UHGV virus genome: UHGV-0095463
Reading direction: 5' to 3' (one strand)
DNA length: 30,131 nt
Origin: a virus
Shown here: piece after piece, positions 8,811-17,088 of the stretch
How positions within the stretch are numbered: position 1 is the stretch's first letter
Layout: each line of letters opens with the position of its first letter
Translations under genes and position numbers: made by a program
Notes under the pieces: generated by a model
What the model saw: the letters and a program-made list of their open reading frames with translations, nothing else
Databases searched by the model: none
Told to the model about the DNA's origin: nothing

Positions 8811-9248
8811 ATGTTTTATAGTCCATCTTTAAACATTTTTGTGAATCCTGCACTTAAGGATGATTACATTAATGCAAATTCATGGCCAGATGATGCTCTG
8901 GCTGTCAGTGATGATGTTTATAATGAATTTGCAATAAATACGCCCCCAGATGGCAAAATTCGTGTTGCAGGAGAAAATGGATTACCCACATGGGCACTAA
9001 TACCTCCACCATCACATGAAGAACTTATTCAACAGGCAGAATCAGAAAGGCAATTATTGCTTAATCAGGCCAACGAATACATGAACAGTAAACAATGGCC
9101 CGGTAAAGCCGCTATTGGTCGTCTGAAAGACGAGGAACTGGCGCAATATAATTTGTGGCTGGATTACCTGGACGCACTGGAGCTGGTTGATACCCCCAGT
9201 GGGCCAGATATTGAATGGCCTACGCCTCCGGCAGTTCAGGCCAGATGA
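8811..9248 (+). CDS. Alternative tail-fibre assembly chaperone (silent orientation)
   Basis: 145-aa ORF directly after the alternative fibre C-terminus. Its C-terminal region (...DTPSGPDIEWPTPP) parallels the C-terminus of the minus-strand tfa (...DTSTAPDVIWPELP). The two genes converge and overlap by about 29 bp. Confidence 0.7.
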   Translation: MFYSPSLNIFVNPALKDDYINANSWPDDALAVSDDVYNEFAINTPPDGKIRVAGENGLPTWALIPPPSHEELIQQAESERQLLLNQANEYMNSKQWPGKAAIGRLKDEELAQYNLWLDYLDALELVDTPSGPDIEWPTPPAVQAR

Positions 9249-9822
9249 CATCCGGCGCTGTGCTGGTATCTGTTGCCGTCACCGCGTCAATGTAATCCAG
9301 CACAGTGTTAAGTCGGGTGGTCTCTGCCTGCATCAGCTGCCGCCCGGCCTGCAATTTAAGTTGAATCAGACTAATGGAAGCCATTGCAGTATTAATCAGT
9401 GACTGACGCTGTACTTCTGCCGCGTCTACTGCGGCGCTATGCTGTGCCTCAGTATCGGTCACCCATTTCTTACCATCCCATTTATCGAATGGCGTTAACG
9501 GGGCGATAGTGGTTGTATTTTCAGGATAATCACCCGGAGCTGTGATTTCTTTGGCGTCTCCCGTTTCGGTGTTATAGACGATTTCACCGCGATGGTCTGG
9601 CACATATTCCCATGAGTTTAAATCCATCGAACGGCAGATAGCATAACCCGCCTTATGTATACCAGGTTCATCCAGACAGGAATATGCAGGGATACCGACA
9701 CCAATGGCAAGATATTCATTTGAAGTAGAAATATATTCCCGAGTTTTACCATCATAGTTATAGACGGTAATATTCCCCGCCTTCGTGGCAATAAGCTCGC
9801 TATTTAATACGGCGTTATCCAT
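9220..9822 (-). CDS. G: Tail-fibre assembly chaperone (gpG-like, expressed orientation)
   Basis: 200-aa ORF immediately downstream of H with overlapping stop/start (ATGA); conserved position of P2 gpG. Confidence 0.8.
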   Translation of the reverse strand: MDNAVLNSELIATKAGNITVYNYDGKTREYISTSNEYLAIGVGIPAYSCLDEPGIHKAGYAICRSMDLNSWEYVPDHRGEIVYNTETGDAKEITAPGDYPENTTTIAPLTPFDKWDGKKWVTDTEAQHSAAVDAAEVQRQSLINTAMASISLIQLKLQAGRQLMQAETTRLNTVLDYIDAVTATDTSTAPDVIWPELPEA

Positions 9823-11351
9823 TATGCAGCCCTCACGATATAGTTAAATGCAATATTTCGTGGACGGGTTTCACTCCCGCCAGTATTACCGATACTCCCT
9901 CGTGAATGAAGTGTCGGTGATGGGATCAGACTCCCTCCTGTATTTGTGGCATCAAGTCCCCGTCCTTGTGTGTATGTCTTTTTGAAAATCGTAGCCAGTT
10001 CCCATTCATCTTTTGTGTCGTAACCATCATTGGCAACAACAATATGGCGGTGTTTTTCCAGCATCCCTGTCTGAATGCTCAATAAAACACGTCCTGCATC
10101 AATACCGCGCCCGTCATCCCAGCCACGAATAAACTCACCACGTAAATCAGGCAATTTATTTGTCGGATAAGCCTTTGCCAGTTCCGGGTATTCTTCAGCA
10201 GAAAAAGCCGCACCGTTGCATTTCAGCCAGCCTGTTGGCGGTGTGGCTGAAGGCCATGGAACAGGCACACCAACAGGTAATGCAGAGCCTTCTCCCAAAC
10301 CAAGGTATGCGAGAAGACCAGCTACATCCTTTCCACTCAAATTGGTAAGCGTATTGTCCAGCGGTTGTTTACCTGCCAGCGCATTAAGCATTGTCGTGGC
10401 AAAGTTCGGATCATTTCCCAGCGCCGCCGCCAGTTCGTTCAGCGTATCCAGTGCAGCAGGTGCTGACCCCACCATTGCTGCAATTGCCGATTTCACAAAA
10501 GCCGTGGTGGCAATCTGTGTATTGTTGACCGACTGTTCCGCAGTAGGTGCTGTTGGCGTTCCGGTAAGTGCCGGACTCGACAGTGGCGCTTTTAGTTCCA
10601 GCGCATTGTTAATGGTGGTGCTGAATTTCGGGTCATTGTTTATGGCCGCGGCTATTTCTTTCAGCGTGTCCAGCGTGGCTGGCGCACCACTAATCAGGGC
10701 TGTCAGTGCCGCCTGAACAAACGCGGTGGTCGCAAGTTGCGTGGTATTATTCCCCGCCGCTGGCGTCGGCGCTTTGGGGGTTCCGGTAAATGTCGGGCTG
10801 GCTTTTGGCGCGTACTGTGAATGCGGGTCCGGTGCGGCAAGATGTTTTGCCATCTGATCATCCGCGTACACCTTCAGCTCCAGTGCCTTGTCATCCACAT
10901 ACTTGCGGGTTGCCAGCACTACAGCAGGGTCGATTTTCAGGGTGATATTGTCCGTGCTGCTGGTAATCAGCACCATGCGCACGGTCTGAGTGCGCCCGCT
11001 ACCTTCAGCCAGTTGCGGCTTATAGCTTTCCGGGCAGTTGCCCACGGCAATCAATGCCCCGGACTCATCAAACAAGCCCACTTCACGTATCCACCAACCG
11101 CCCTCGTTTTCAGGGATCACCTGTTCGGCAATAATCTGGCTGCTGTTCTGCGGGTCGATATAAAGCATATTCAGCGCAGCCCGGCGTTTCTCATTTACCA
11201 GTGCCGTCTGCTTTGCGTCCGGCGTTGGCAATACTCCACCGCCATCGCCCACCGCCATATGGGTAATTTTTAGCGGCACACCGAGCGCGGCGGCGCTGGC
11301 AAGTTTCGCCGCGCCAATATCCGTCAGCAGGGTATAAAATTTTGTGCTCAT
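9822..11351 (-). CDS. H: Tail fibre protein gpH (constant N-terminal part plus currently expressed variable C-terminus)
   Basis: 509-aa ORF with Thr/Ala-rich repeats (TAFV.. recurs twice) and the phage tail-collar-like motif ...LRGEFIRGWDDGRGIDAGR. Residues about 346-354 (LLAYLGLGE) are encoded by the right inversion site. Confidence 0.85.
   Translation of the reverse strand: MSTKFYTLLTDIGAAKLASAAALGVPLKITHMAVGDGGGVLPTPDAKQTALVNEKRRAALNMLYIDPQNSSQIIAEQVIPENEGGWWIREVGLFDESGALIAVGNCPESYKPQLAEGSGRTQTVRMVLITSSTDNITLKIDPAVVLATRKYVDDKALELKVYADDQMAKHLAAPDPHSQYAPKASPTFTGTPKAPTPAAGNNTTQLATTAFVQAALTALISGAPATLDTLKEIAAAINNDPKFSTTINNALELKAPLSSPALTGTPTAPTAEQSVNNTQIATTAFVKSAIAAMVGSAPAALDTLNELAAALGNDPNFATTMLNALAGKQPLDNTLTNLSGKDVAGLLAYLGLGEGSALPVGVPVPWPSATPPTGWLKCNGAAFSAEEYPELAKAYPTNKLPDLRGEFIRGWDDGRGIDAGRVLLSIQTGMLEKHRHIVVANDGYDTKDEWELATIFKKTYTQGRGLDATNTGGSLIPSPTLHSRGSIGNTGGSETRPRNIAFNYIVRAA
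10290..10315. repeat. hix/gix-like inversion crossover site (right, inside H)
   Basis: Plus strand TTCTCCCAAACC-AA-GGTATGCGAGAA. Its left half is the exact reverse complement of the right half of the site at 8448..8473. Verified in frame with H codons L347-E354. Confidence 0.7.
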
Positions 11352-11953
11352 GGATTCACTCTCATTGTGTCAATAACATGGACCGCCCCGCCTTCATGCG
11401 CGGTGCCACCGGAAATAATCGTTTCGTTGATATACGGATAGATCGTGATTTCTTCGCCAAGATAGCTGGCGGCTCCCACCCAATGCGGGCCGCTGGTCTG
11501 CAGATTGATGGACATGCCGATCATGTGGCGGCTACATGGTTTGGCATCGCTTATCAGTCGCTCAAGTTCCAGATAGGTATCTTCAGTGATGCCCTGGTCC
11601 TGCACGCCGATATCCAGGCGAAACGTGCCCGGTGTTTCTCCGGTCTGCCACCACTCAATAATGCGGATCAGGAATCCGAACGGTTCCACCACCCGCCGCA
11701 CGGCACTGGTGGTTCCTTTATACTGATGAATATAAAAAGCATCCTTCACTACCTGGCGTTTGACGCTTTCTGTCCAGCCCTCGTCCCAGCGATCCACAGA
11801 GAACGCCCAGGCGAGATAAGGCAGGAAGCTGACCGGACAGGTAGCCGGATTCCACAAGTCACGCAGCGGCACCTGCAAATCAGAAATCCCGCTACAGGTT
11901 TGCGCCAGTCGGCGCTCCAGTGAAGTTGAACCCGGTGGCAGCAGACTATTCAT
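11348..11953 (-). CDS. I: Baseplate protein gpI
   Basis: 201-aa ORF between J and H; size and order match P2 gpI. Confidence 0.85.
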   Translation of the reverse strand: MNSLLPPGSTSLERRLAQTCSGISDLQVPLRDLWNPATCPVSFLPYLAWAFSVDRWDEGWTESVKRQVVKDAFYIHQYKGTTSAVRRVVEPFGFLIRIIEWWQTGETPGTFRLDIGVQDQGITEDTYLELERLISDAKPCSRHMIGMSINLQTSGPHWVGAASYLGEEITIYPYINETIISGGTAHEGGAVHVIDTMRVNP

Positions 11954-12854
11954 CCGTTCCTCCGTTGGTTACGCTCCACTGCGTACATGATGCCGCCTGT
12001 GTTTTGTTCAGGACCACATCCGCCAGCGGAGAAGCCAGTTCCACACGTTGAACACCCTCAACATGCAGAGCAGCAAAGATGGCGCTACGGCGAATATCCC
12101 GACCAAGCCTCGTCTGGCTGGCAATGTACTTCTGCAGACTGGCTTTTGCCGCTGCCATTACCGGCTCTGCTTCCGGTCCCGGATAGAGAAAAATGGTGGC
12201 TTCCACGCGATACGGGATGATTTCTGCGCTGCGAACCGTAAGACGGTCAGCCACCGGGCGGACGTTCTCACTGTTCAGAGCTTTTTCCACCACGTCCAGC
12301 AGGTCTTTTTCTGCAGTTCCATCGCCTTCGCGGCTAAGGACAGTCAGCACCACCTCTGCAGGTGCCGGGCTGGTTGCACTGGCATCCGCCACCCGACCGT
12401 CGGCGCTTCGGGCATGAAATTCATAAGCTGCAGTTGGCCCCGCAACAGAAAGCCCTTCAAAGGCTGCAGGCACACGCAGGCGCAACGCTTCATCGCTTTC
12501 CATCACAGCTGCAACGGGCGGCACAGCATCATTATCAGCAGGCGTCACCGTCAGGCGTGTCACGTTGTAGTTGGCAGCGAGCTGGTCAAGATCGCCGCCC
12601 ATCGCGTAAGCCACCATCACCGCCTGCGCGGCTTCGTTAATGCGCTGGCGCAGAAGCAACTCACGGTAAGCGTTCTCCTGCAACAATTTAGTGGCGGGTT
12701 CAGATTCCAGTTCCAGCGTGCGGATCACTGCTTCCTGCTCATCTTTCGGATGAAGCGCCACAAATTCTGCCTTGCGTTCGGCAAGCAGCGTCTCAAAGTC
12801 CGGCACATCCACAATCTGCGGTGCAGGCAACTGCGAAAGGTCAATCACTGCCAT
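11946..12854 (-). CDS. J: Baseplate wedge protein gpJ
   Basis: Start set at the internal ATG (MAVIDLSQLP...), giving about 302 aa as in P2 gpJ and a 14-nt overlap with the W stop. The ORF-track start at 12893 is probably an upstream extension. Confidence 0.85.
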   Translation of the reverse strand: MAVIDLSQLPAPQIVDVPDFETLLAERKAEFVALHPKDEQEAVIRTLELESEPATKLLQENAYRELLLRQRINEAAQAVMVAYAMGGDLDQLAANYNVTRLTVTPADNDAVPPVAAVMESDEALRLRVPAAFEGLSVAGPTAAYEFHARSADGRVADASATSPAPAEVVLTVLSREGDGTAEKDLLDVVEKALNSENVRPVADRLTVRSAEIIPYRVEATIFLYPGPEAEPVMAAAKASLQKYIASQTRLGRDIRRSAIFAALHVEGVQRVELASPLADVVLNKTQAASCTQWSVTNGGTDE

Positions 12855-13200
12855 TCTCTGCTCCTGTTGATACGGAAAGGGACACAGGCACACCGTTATT
12901 CCGCCGCCCGGTCAGCTCCACCACCATTGAACCGTCAAAATTGCTGTTGATGGTGATGGAATCCAGCGTCAACCGTGGCTCCCAGCGACTCAGCGCCACA
13001 TACACTGCCGACATGACCTGCAGGCGTAATGCCGGATTTTGTGGCTGATCTATCAGTGCCGACAGCAGGGAACCATATTCCCGGCGGGCAATACGGCTAC
13101 CCTGCGGTGTCAGCAGAATGTCCCGCACCGACTGGCGCAGATGATCAATATCAGTAATGACTTTGCCGCTGGTATTGTTCATCCCGCTATAAAGCGTCAT
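12841..13200 (-). CDS. W: Baseplate protein gpW (gp25-like)
   Basis: 119-aa ORF between V and J; size and order match P2 gpW. Confidence 0.85.
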   Translation of the reverse strand: MTLYSGMNNTSGKVITDIDHLRQSVRDILLTPQGSRIARREYGSLLSALIDQPQNPALRLQVMSAVYVALSRWEPRLTLDSITINSNFDGSMVVELTGRRNNGVPVSLSVSTGAENGSD

Positions 13201-13775
13201 ACCGGGCCTCCGGTTGTATCGCCGCCTTTCAGGACGCCAGTATGCTGATGCGCATCAACCACGATCCCGTTAGAACTCATCGCTCCGCCGCCCTGGGTAA
13301 CGCCACCATTGATCACCACTTCGCTGTTAATGCGCGTGCGGTCAGCCTCCAGTACAAACTCACTGGTTTTCATGGTGATGTTGTCAGCAGCCTCAATGAC
13401 CATTGATTTGATGCCCCTGACATACCAGCGCCCGGTGGCGGGTTCGTATTCAAACCAGCCACCGTCAGGATGTTCTGTCACGCAGGCGTCCGCCGACGTC
13501 GACGGTGGTGCGAACTGATTCGAATAGACAGCGGGCAGCGCAAAGGCGGTTTCCAGATTGCCGCCCAGACTCAGCAGCACCACCTGCTCACCTTCCGATG
13601 GTCGCCACCATGTACGGGCATTCCCGGCACGCAGCGTCAGCCAGCTGATCCAGTTGGTTTCAAGCTCGCCCGTTTTCACCCGGCAAAGCCAGTTTTCCCT
13701 GTCCACTTCGGTGACTACCCCTGTGCGGATCAGGTTGGTGATAAGGCGCATGATTTCGGTTAATTGTGCGTTCAT
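13197..13775 (-). CDS. V: Baseplate spike protein gpV
   Basis: 192-aa ORF; N-terminus MNAQLTEIMRLITNLIRTGVVTEVD aligns with P2 gpV (MNTLANIQELARALRNMIRTGIIVETD). First gene of the V-W-J-I-H-G block. Confidence 0.85.
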   Translation of the reverse strand: MNAQLTEIMRLITNLIRTGVVTEVDRENWLCRVKTGELETNWISWLTLRAGNARTWWRPSEGEQVVLLSLGGNLETAFALPAVYSNQFAPPSTSADACVTEHPDGGWFEYEPATGRWYVRGIKSMVIEAADNITMKTSEFVLEADRTRINSEVVINGGVTQGGGAMSSNGIVVDAHQHTGVLKGGDTTGGPV

Positions 13776-13821
13776 AGGGAAAGGTTGCCATCAGGGGAAG
13801 AAAGGCGGCAGTGCTGCAACT

Positions 13822-13839
13822 TGTATCAGTGCTGATACA
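13822..13839 (-). promoter_or_regulatory. Putative Ogr-dependent late promoter element upstream of V
   Basis: TGTATCAGTGCTGATACA, a near-perfect palindrome (TTGTATCAGT / GCTGATACAA), lies in the 68-bp S-V intergenic gap. It is TGT-N12-ACA as in P2 late promoters. Confidence 0.55.
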
Positions 13840-13843
13840 AAGA

Positions 13844-14290
13844 TCACCCCGCCAGCCATTGCAGAATCATGTCGCGGGTCATTGCCTCAACATCATCATT
13901 TACACCCAGAAGGCGACGCTCTGCGTAACGCACCTCCGGTCCCTTACGACTGACGCGATCTCGCAGGCCGTAATGGTGAACGCGGGCAATGCGCTGCACC
14001 TTGCCTTCAAACTGCACGCTGGCAGAGTCGGTGCTGGCGGCAGTTTTCAGGTATTTTGTGGTGCGCAGCTTTGCAAACATCTGACGTTTGATACGGCCTT
14101 TTTTACTGCGTGCTGTTACCCGTCGCGGTTCATAGCTGCTGCCGTCAGGGTTGCGCTGCATCCTGATATTCTGCTGCTGTGTCCGGCGAAGTTCCTGCGC
14201 CAGCTGGCGCATCATGCGGCTTCTCGAGGCTGGTTCCAGATTCGCCAGCAAGGCACTCAGCCAGTCGTCCACCTTCTGCAGTTCAGCCAC
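13844..14290 (-). CDS. S: Tail completion protein gpS
   Basis: 148-aa ORF between R and V, overlapping the R stop; size and order match P2 gpS. Confidence 0.8.
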   Translation of the reverse strand: MAELQKVDDWLSALLANLEPASRSRMMRQLAQELRRTQQQNIRMQRNPDGSSYEPRRVTARSKKGRIKRQMFAKLRTTKYLKTAASTDSASVQFEGKVQRIARVHHYGLRDRVSRKGPEVRYAERRLLGVNDDVEAMTRDMILQWLAG

Positions 14291-14735
14291 GTTTCACCGT
14301 CCACATTTCTTCAGGTGCATCAGGTTCCGCTATAGCTTCAACGCTCGACACACTGCCGTCAGTGCTGACCAGCACACGTTCCGTCAGTTGCAGGTTCAGG
14401 CTGATATCACAGACATCGTTGCGCAGAATATCCACCTCAAAGGTGAATAGCTTTTCCCGTAACGCCGGGTTATTGATGGCATCGGGCTGGTTATCCCTCA
14501 GCCACAGCAAAACCGGGGCCATCAGCAGATTCTGGTCGCCGCTGAAATCCTCAATCACCGCGTTCAGTGTGTAACGGTACTCCCACGACATGGAGCTGGC
14601 CCCCGTGGCAACCAGCGAACCGTTATCCACAAACAGATGCAGTTTGTCCGGGTTATTGCGGACATAAGGCACCGCTTTATTGAGGGCGTGGCGCAGGGAT
14701 TGTGGTTTGTTCACTGTTTCGCTCCTGACACGCAA
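14283..14735 (-). CDS. R: Tail completion protein gpR
   Basis: 150-aa ORF after the lysis cassette and before S; size and order match P2 gpR. Confidence 0.8.
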   Translation of the reverse strand: MRVRSETVNKPQSLRHALNKAVPYVRNNPDKLHLFVDNGSLVATGASSMSWEYRYTLNAVIEDFSGDQNLLMAPVLLWLRDNQPDAINNPALREKLFTFEVDILRNDVCDISLNLQLTERVLVSTDGSVSSVEAIAEPDAPEEMWTVKRG

Positions 14736-14967
14736 TAATCATGTCCACTTTGTCTGCACAGACCGCCCAGGCGGCCTCCGTTTCATCCAGCAACGCGTTC
14801 AGATCACCGTTAGTGCGCGGCGCTGCCTGATCCAGCCGACACGGCGTCACTCGCGGACAACCACTGACGGTAAGCCATACCTCCGGTGAGTGCCGGACGT
14901 TTCCGCAGCCGGATAATGTCAGCAGGCAAAGGAGTATCAGCCCAGCGGCGTAAATCCTCGTTCTCAC
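14677..14967 (-). CDS. lysC: LysC, Rz1-like outer-membrane spanin lipoprotein, embedded out of frame in lysB
   Basis: Translation begins MRTRIYAAGLILLCLLTLSGC: signal peptide plus lipobox LSGC, then Pro-rich. Starts inside lysB in a different frame and extends past its stop, as in P2 lysB/lysC. The exact start codon is uncertain. Confidence 0.6.
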   Translation of the reverse strand: MRTRIYAAGLILLCLLTLSGCGNVRHSPEVWLTVSGCPRVTPCRLDQAAPRTNGDLNALLDETEAAWAVCADKVDMIIACQERNSEQTTIPAPRPQ

Positions 14968-15238
14968 GTTTCAGTTCCTCGATCCGGTGTTGTCGTTGTC
15001 TCAGCAGCGTGCTGGTCTGTTCTGCTTCGGCATAGAGCCGCGCCTGCTCCCGGTTATTGGTTTCAGTCAGAATGGACAGGCTGATAAGCTGGCTATTGCT
15101 CTTTGCCAGTGCCTGGCTTTTGCTCTGCAGCTCGTCTGCCTGCGTGCTGATGGTCTGGCTGGCATCAGCCAGCCGCCACGTCTGCCAGCCCAGCGCCGCC
15201 AGTAATAACGTCAGCACAACCAGCAGCAACCGGTTCAT
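14810..15238 (-). CDS. lysB: LysB, Rz-like inner-membrane spanin
   Basis: 142-aa ORF with an N-terminal transmembrane helix (LLLVVLTLLLAALGW) followed by a charged coiled-coil-like region. Confidence 0.75.
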   Translation of the reverse strand: MNRLLLVVLTLLLAALGWQTWRLADASQTISTQADELQSKSQALAKSNSQLISLSILTETNNREQARLYAEAEQTSTLLRQRQHRIEELKRENEDLRRWADTPLPADIIRLRKRPALTGGMAYRQWLSASDAVSAGSGSAAH

Positions 15239-15612
15239 GCTGCTACCTGTTGCGCCATCTGATTACGGGTGATCCAGAAGGCAATAACGGTCAGTAGATA
15301 AAAGACCAGGGTAATAGCCCACCCCGTCCAGGCGAGACTTACAACAATCAGCAATCGCATCACCCAACTGGTAAATACGTTTTCTTTTCGGGTAATTGTC
15401 TTCAGCAAAGATGCCCTTAACTCCTGCCAGAGCGGGCCATTCTTAATTAACGCAGCCAGCGCTACCGGAATTACCGCCCATGTCAGCAAACAGGCTACCC
15501 AAACGCCGGACGCTGCCAGTACCGGAAAAATCCCCTGCGGATACATCATTGCTGCGATTAACAGCGCCATCCATAACATCAGAAACAGTCCGCTGATTAA
15601 TTTCTTTTTCAT
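15235..15612 (-). CDS. lysA: LysA, membrane lysis-timing protein
   Basis: Multi-transmembrane protein directly after K. Start placed at MKKKLISGLF (ATG at 15612, adjacent to the K stop) rather than the longer ORF-track start at 15684. Confidence 0.6.
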   Translation of the reverse strand: MKKKLISGLFLMLWMALLIAAMMYPQGIFPVLAASGVWVACLLTWAVIPVALAALIKNGPLWQELRASLLKTITRKENVFTSWVMRLLIVVSLAWTGWAITLVFYLLTVIAFWITRNQMAQQVAA

Positions 15613-15613
15613 T

Positions 15614-16126
15614 TCAGTTTGCTCCCTGTAAACACCAGGCCATCTCCCGCGCACGGCGGTTATCCAGCCCCTGATTAAAAACACCTTTCACATAAACCCA
15701 GCGCGGCAACTGTCGGCATGCATCCGCCCAGCGCCGCTGATTGAGCAATTTCACCAGCGTGGAACTACAGGCATTGCCCGTCCCCACGTTGAAGGCAAAC
15801 GATACCGTAGCGTCATACACCTTCTGCGGCGGCTGTTGCTTCACACACCTTTCCAGCGCCCGCTCCACTCGTAGCACGTTGGAGATCAGCCCTTCAGCTG
15901 CCTGTCGTTCCGTAATAATTTTGCCGGGAATGACGCCCGACGTATTACCAATGCCGTCGGTCCAGACACCCGCGCTGCACTGATACGGCTGCAGACGACA
16001 GCCTTCATAATCGGCGATCAGTTTCAGTCCCTCCTCGGAGGTGTGAAGCTGCTGAAACCCCGGCAGCGTGGCAGCAATAGCCAGCACGGCCCCGACAAGG
16101 CAGCGTTTAACGATTGATGGATTCAT
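15614..16126 (-). CDS. K: Endolysin gpK (lysozyme-like, with N-terminal signal-anchor-like segment)
   Basis: 170-aa ORF with hydrophobic N-terminus (LVGAVLAIAATLPG), positioned after the holin. Confidence 0.8.
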   Translation of the reverse strand: MNPSIVKRCLVGAVLAIAATLPGFQQLHTSEEGLKLIADYEGCRLQPYQCSAGVWTDGIGNTSGVIPGKIITERQAAEGLISNVLRVERALERCVKQQPPQKVYDATVSFAFNVGTGNACSSTLVKLLNQRRWADACRQLPRWVYVKGVFNQGLDNRRAREMAWCLQGAN

Positions 16127-16322
16127 AGTCCTCCCGCGAGATCTGCCCGTCGCGCAGAAGCTGGTAGGCTTTGTGTTTGTAGTACCAGTTGATAGCCAGC
16201 ATCAGCACACCGATCATCAGGCCGCCCAGCGTTGAGGCATCCTTGATGGACAAATCGCCCAGCCAGGCCAGCACGACGGCGATGCAATACGTGATAAAGG
16301 CGCTGATTCGCTCAAGCGTCAT
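16107..16322 (-). CDS. Y: Holin (gpY-like)
   Basis: 71-aa protein with two hydrophobic helices and a charged C-terminal tail (KHKAYQLLRDGQISREDYE), between X and K. Confidence 0.6.
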   Translation of the reverse strand: MTLERISAFITYCIAVVLAWLGDLSIKDASTLGGLMIGVLMLAINWYYKHKAYQLLRDGQISREDYESINR

Positions 16323-16325
16323 AAT

Positions 16326-16529
16326 TCAGTCCCATAGCTGGACGGTCTGCACGGTGGTGGTTGTCGGAATGTCCGGCAGCTCCACCTGCAGCCCGTGAGG
16401 TAAAAAGGGGCCGTATTCGGCAAGCCCCGGATTTGCCTTCAGTACCTGCTCCGTGACACCCTGCGTGCGCCCGTAATGACGCCAGCAAAGTGCGTCCACC
16501 GTGTCATACTGATGCGCACGCACTTTCAT
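16326..16529 (-). CDS. X: Tail protein gpX
   Basis: 67-aa ORF in the P2 X position between L and the holin. Confidence 0.75.
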   Translation of the reverse strand: MKVRAHQYDTVDALCWRHYGRTQGVTEQVLKANPGLAEYGPFLPHGLQVELPDIPTTTTVQTVQLWD

Positions 16530-16993
16530 CAGATAAGCTCCACTGTGCAGTGCGGCGCATCCTGCACCCGGCTGATGGCCCAGCGGGCGTCACGCCATAA
16601 ATCACCGCTTGCTTCCGCCAGTTCCTCGCCTCGCTTCGCACCGGATGCCGTAGCGTCATAGTCCTGGTAACGTTCGTTGAGCATGGCGCGTGCCCAGCAG
16701 TAAACCGCGTTGAAATAGTGCTGAATGCGCTCGCTTTTGCCGTCCAGTTGTTCCGCCGGGACTTCTGCCAGCGAGGCATACCCCAGCATCTGCTGGCGTC
16801 TGCGAAACTCATACAGCTCTGCGTTGACCTCCGAAATTGCCGACAGGGCAACCTGTTTTAAACGCGGCTGCGTCACCGTGCCGTCAGTGCGCATCACACT
16901 GCGAAACTCCGACAGGTCCACATCAGGCCAGAACGGCGTATTCCTGATGATTTCCGCCTGTTCCGGTGCCTGTTCTGGCGCAACAAACTTCAT
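16529..16993 (-). CDS. L: Head completion protein gpL
   Basis: Start placed at ATG 16993 (MKFVAPEQ...), preceded by GGAGA 7 nt upstream. The ORF-track start at 17056 is a GTG with no ribosome-binding site and reads through a GC-rich spacer. Confidence 0.8.
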   Translation of the reverse strand: MKFVAPEQAPEQAEIIRNTPFWPDVDLSEFRSVMRTDGTVTQPRLKQVALSAISEVNAELYEFRRRQQMLGYASLAEVPAEQLDGKSERIQHYFNAVYCWARAMLNERYQDYDATASGAKRGEELAEASGDLWRDARWAISRVQDAPHCTVELI

Positions 16994-17088
16994 GCTGCTT
17001 TCTCCTGAAATAGAGGGCGGTGGACGGGGTTTTGATGTGGCAGTGCCTTTCGCCACCCCGTGCCGCCCGTGCGCGGGGGCACGTTCTG

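Larger units (their letters stand above)
8461..10302. other. Invertible tail-fibre host-range segment (about 1.84 kb, G-segment-like)
   Basis: Bounded by the two inverted 26-bp sites. Contains the expressed fibre C-terminus plus tfa on the minus strand, and a silent alternative C-terminus plus alternative tfa on the plus strand, arranged convergently, with the invertase gene immediately outside. Confidence 0.65.

Noticed and set aside
16994-17056. Upstream GTG-initiated extension of gpL (MAKGTATSKPRPPPSISGESS)
   Set aside because: It starts with GTG and has no Shine-Dalgarno, whereas the internal ATG at 16993 has GGAGA at ideal spacing. The extension is Pro/Ser-rich read-through of a GC-rich spacer.
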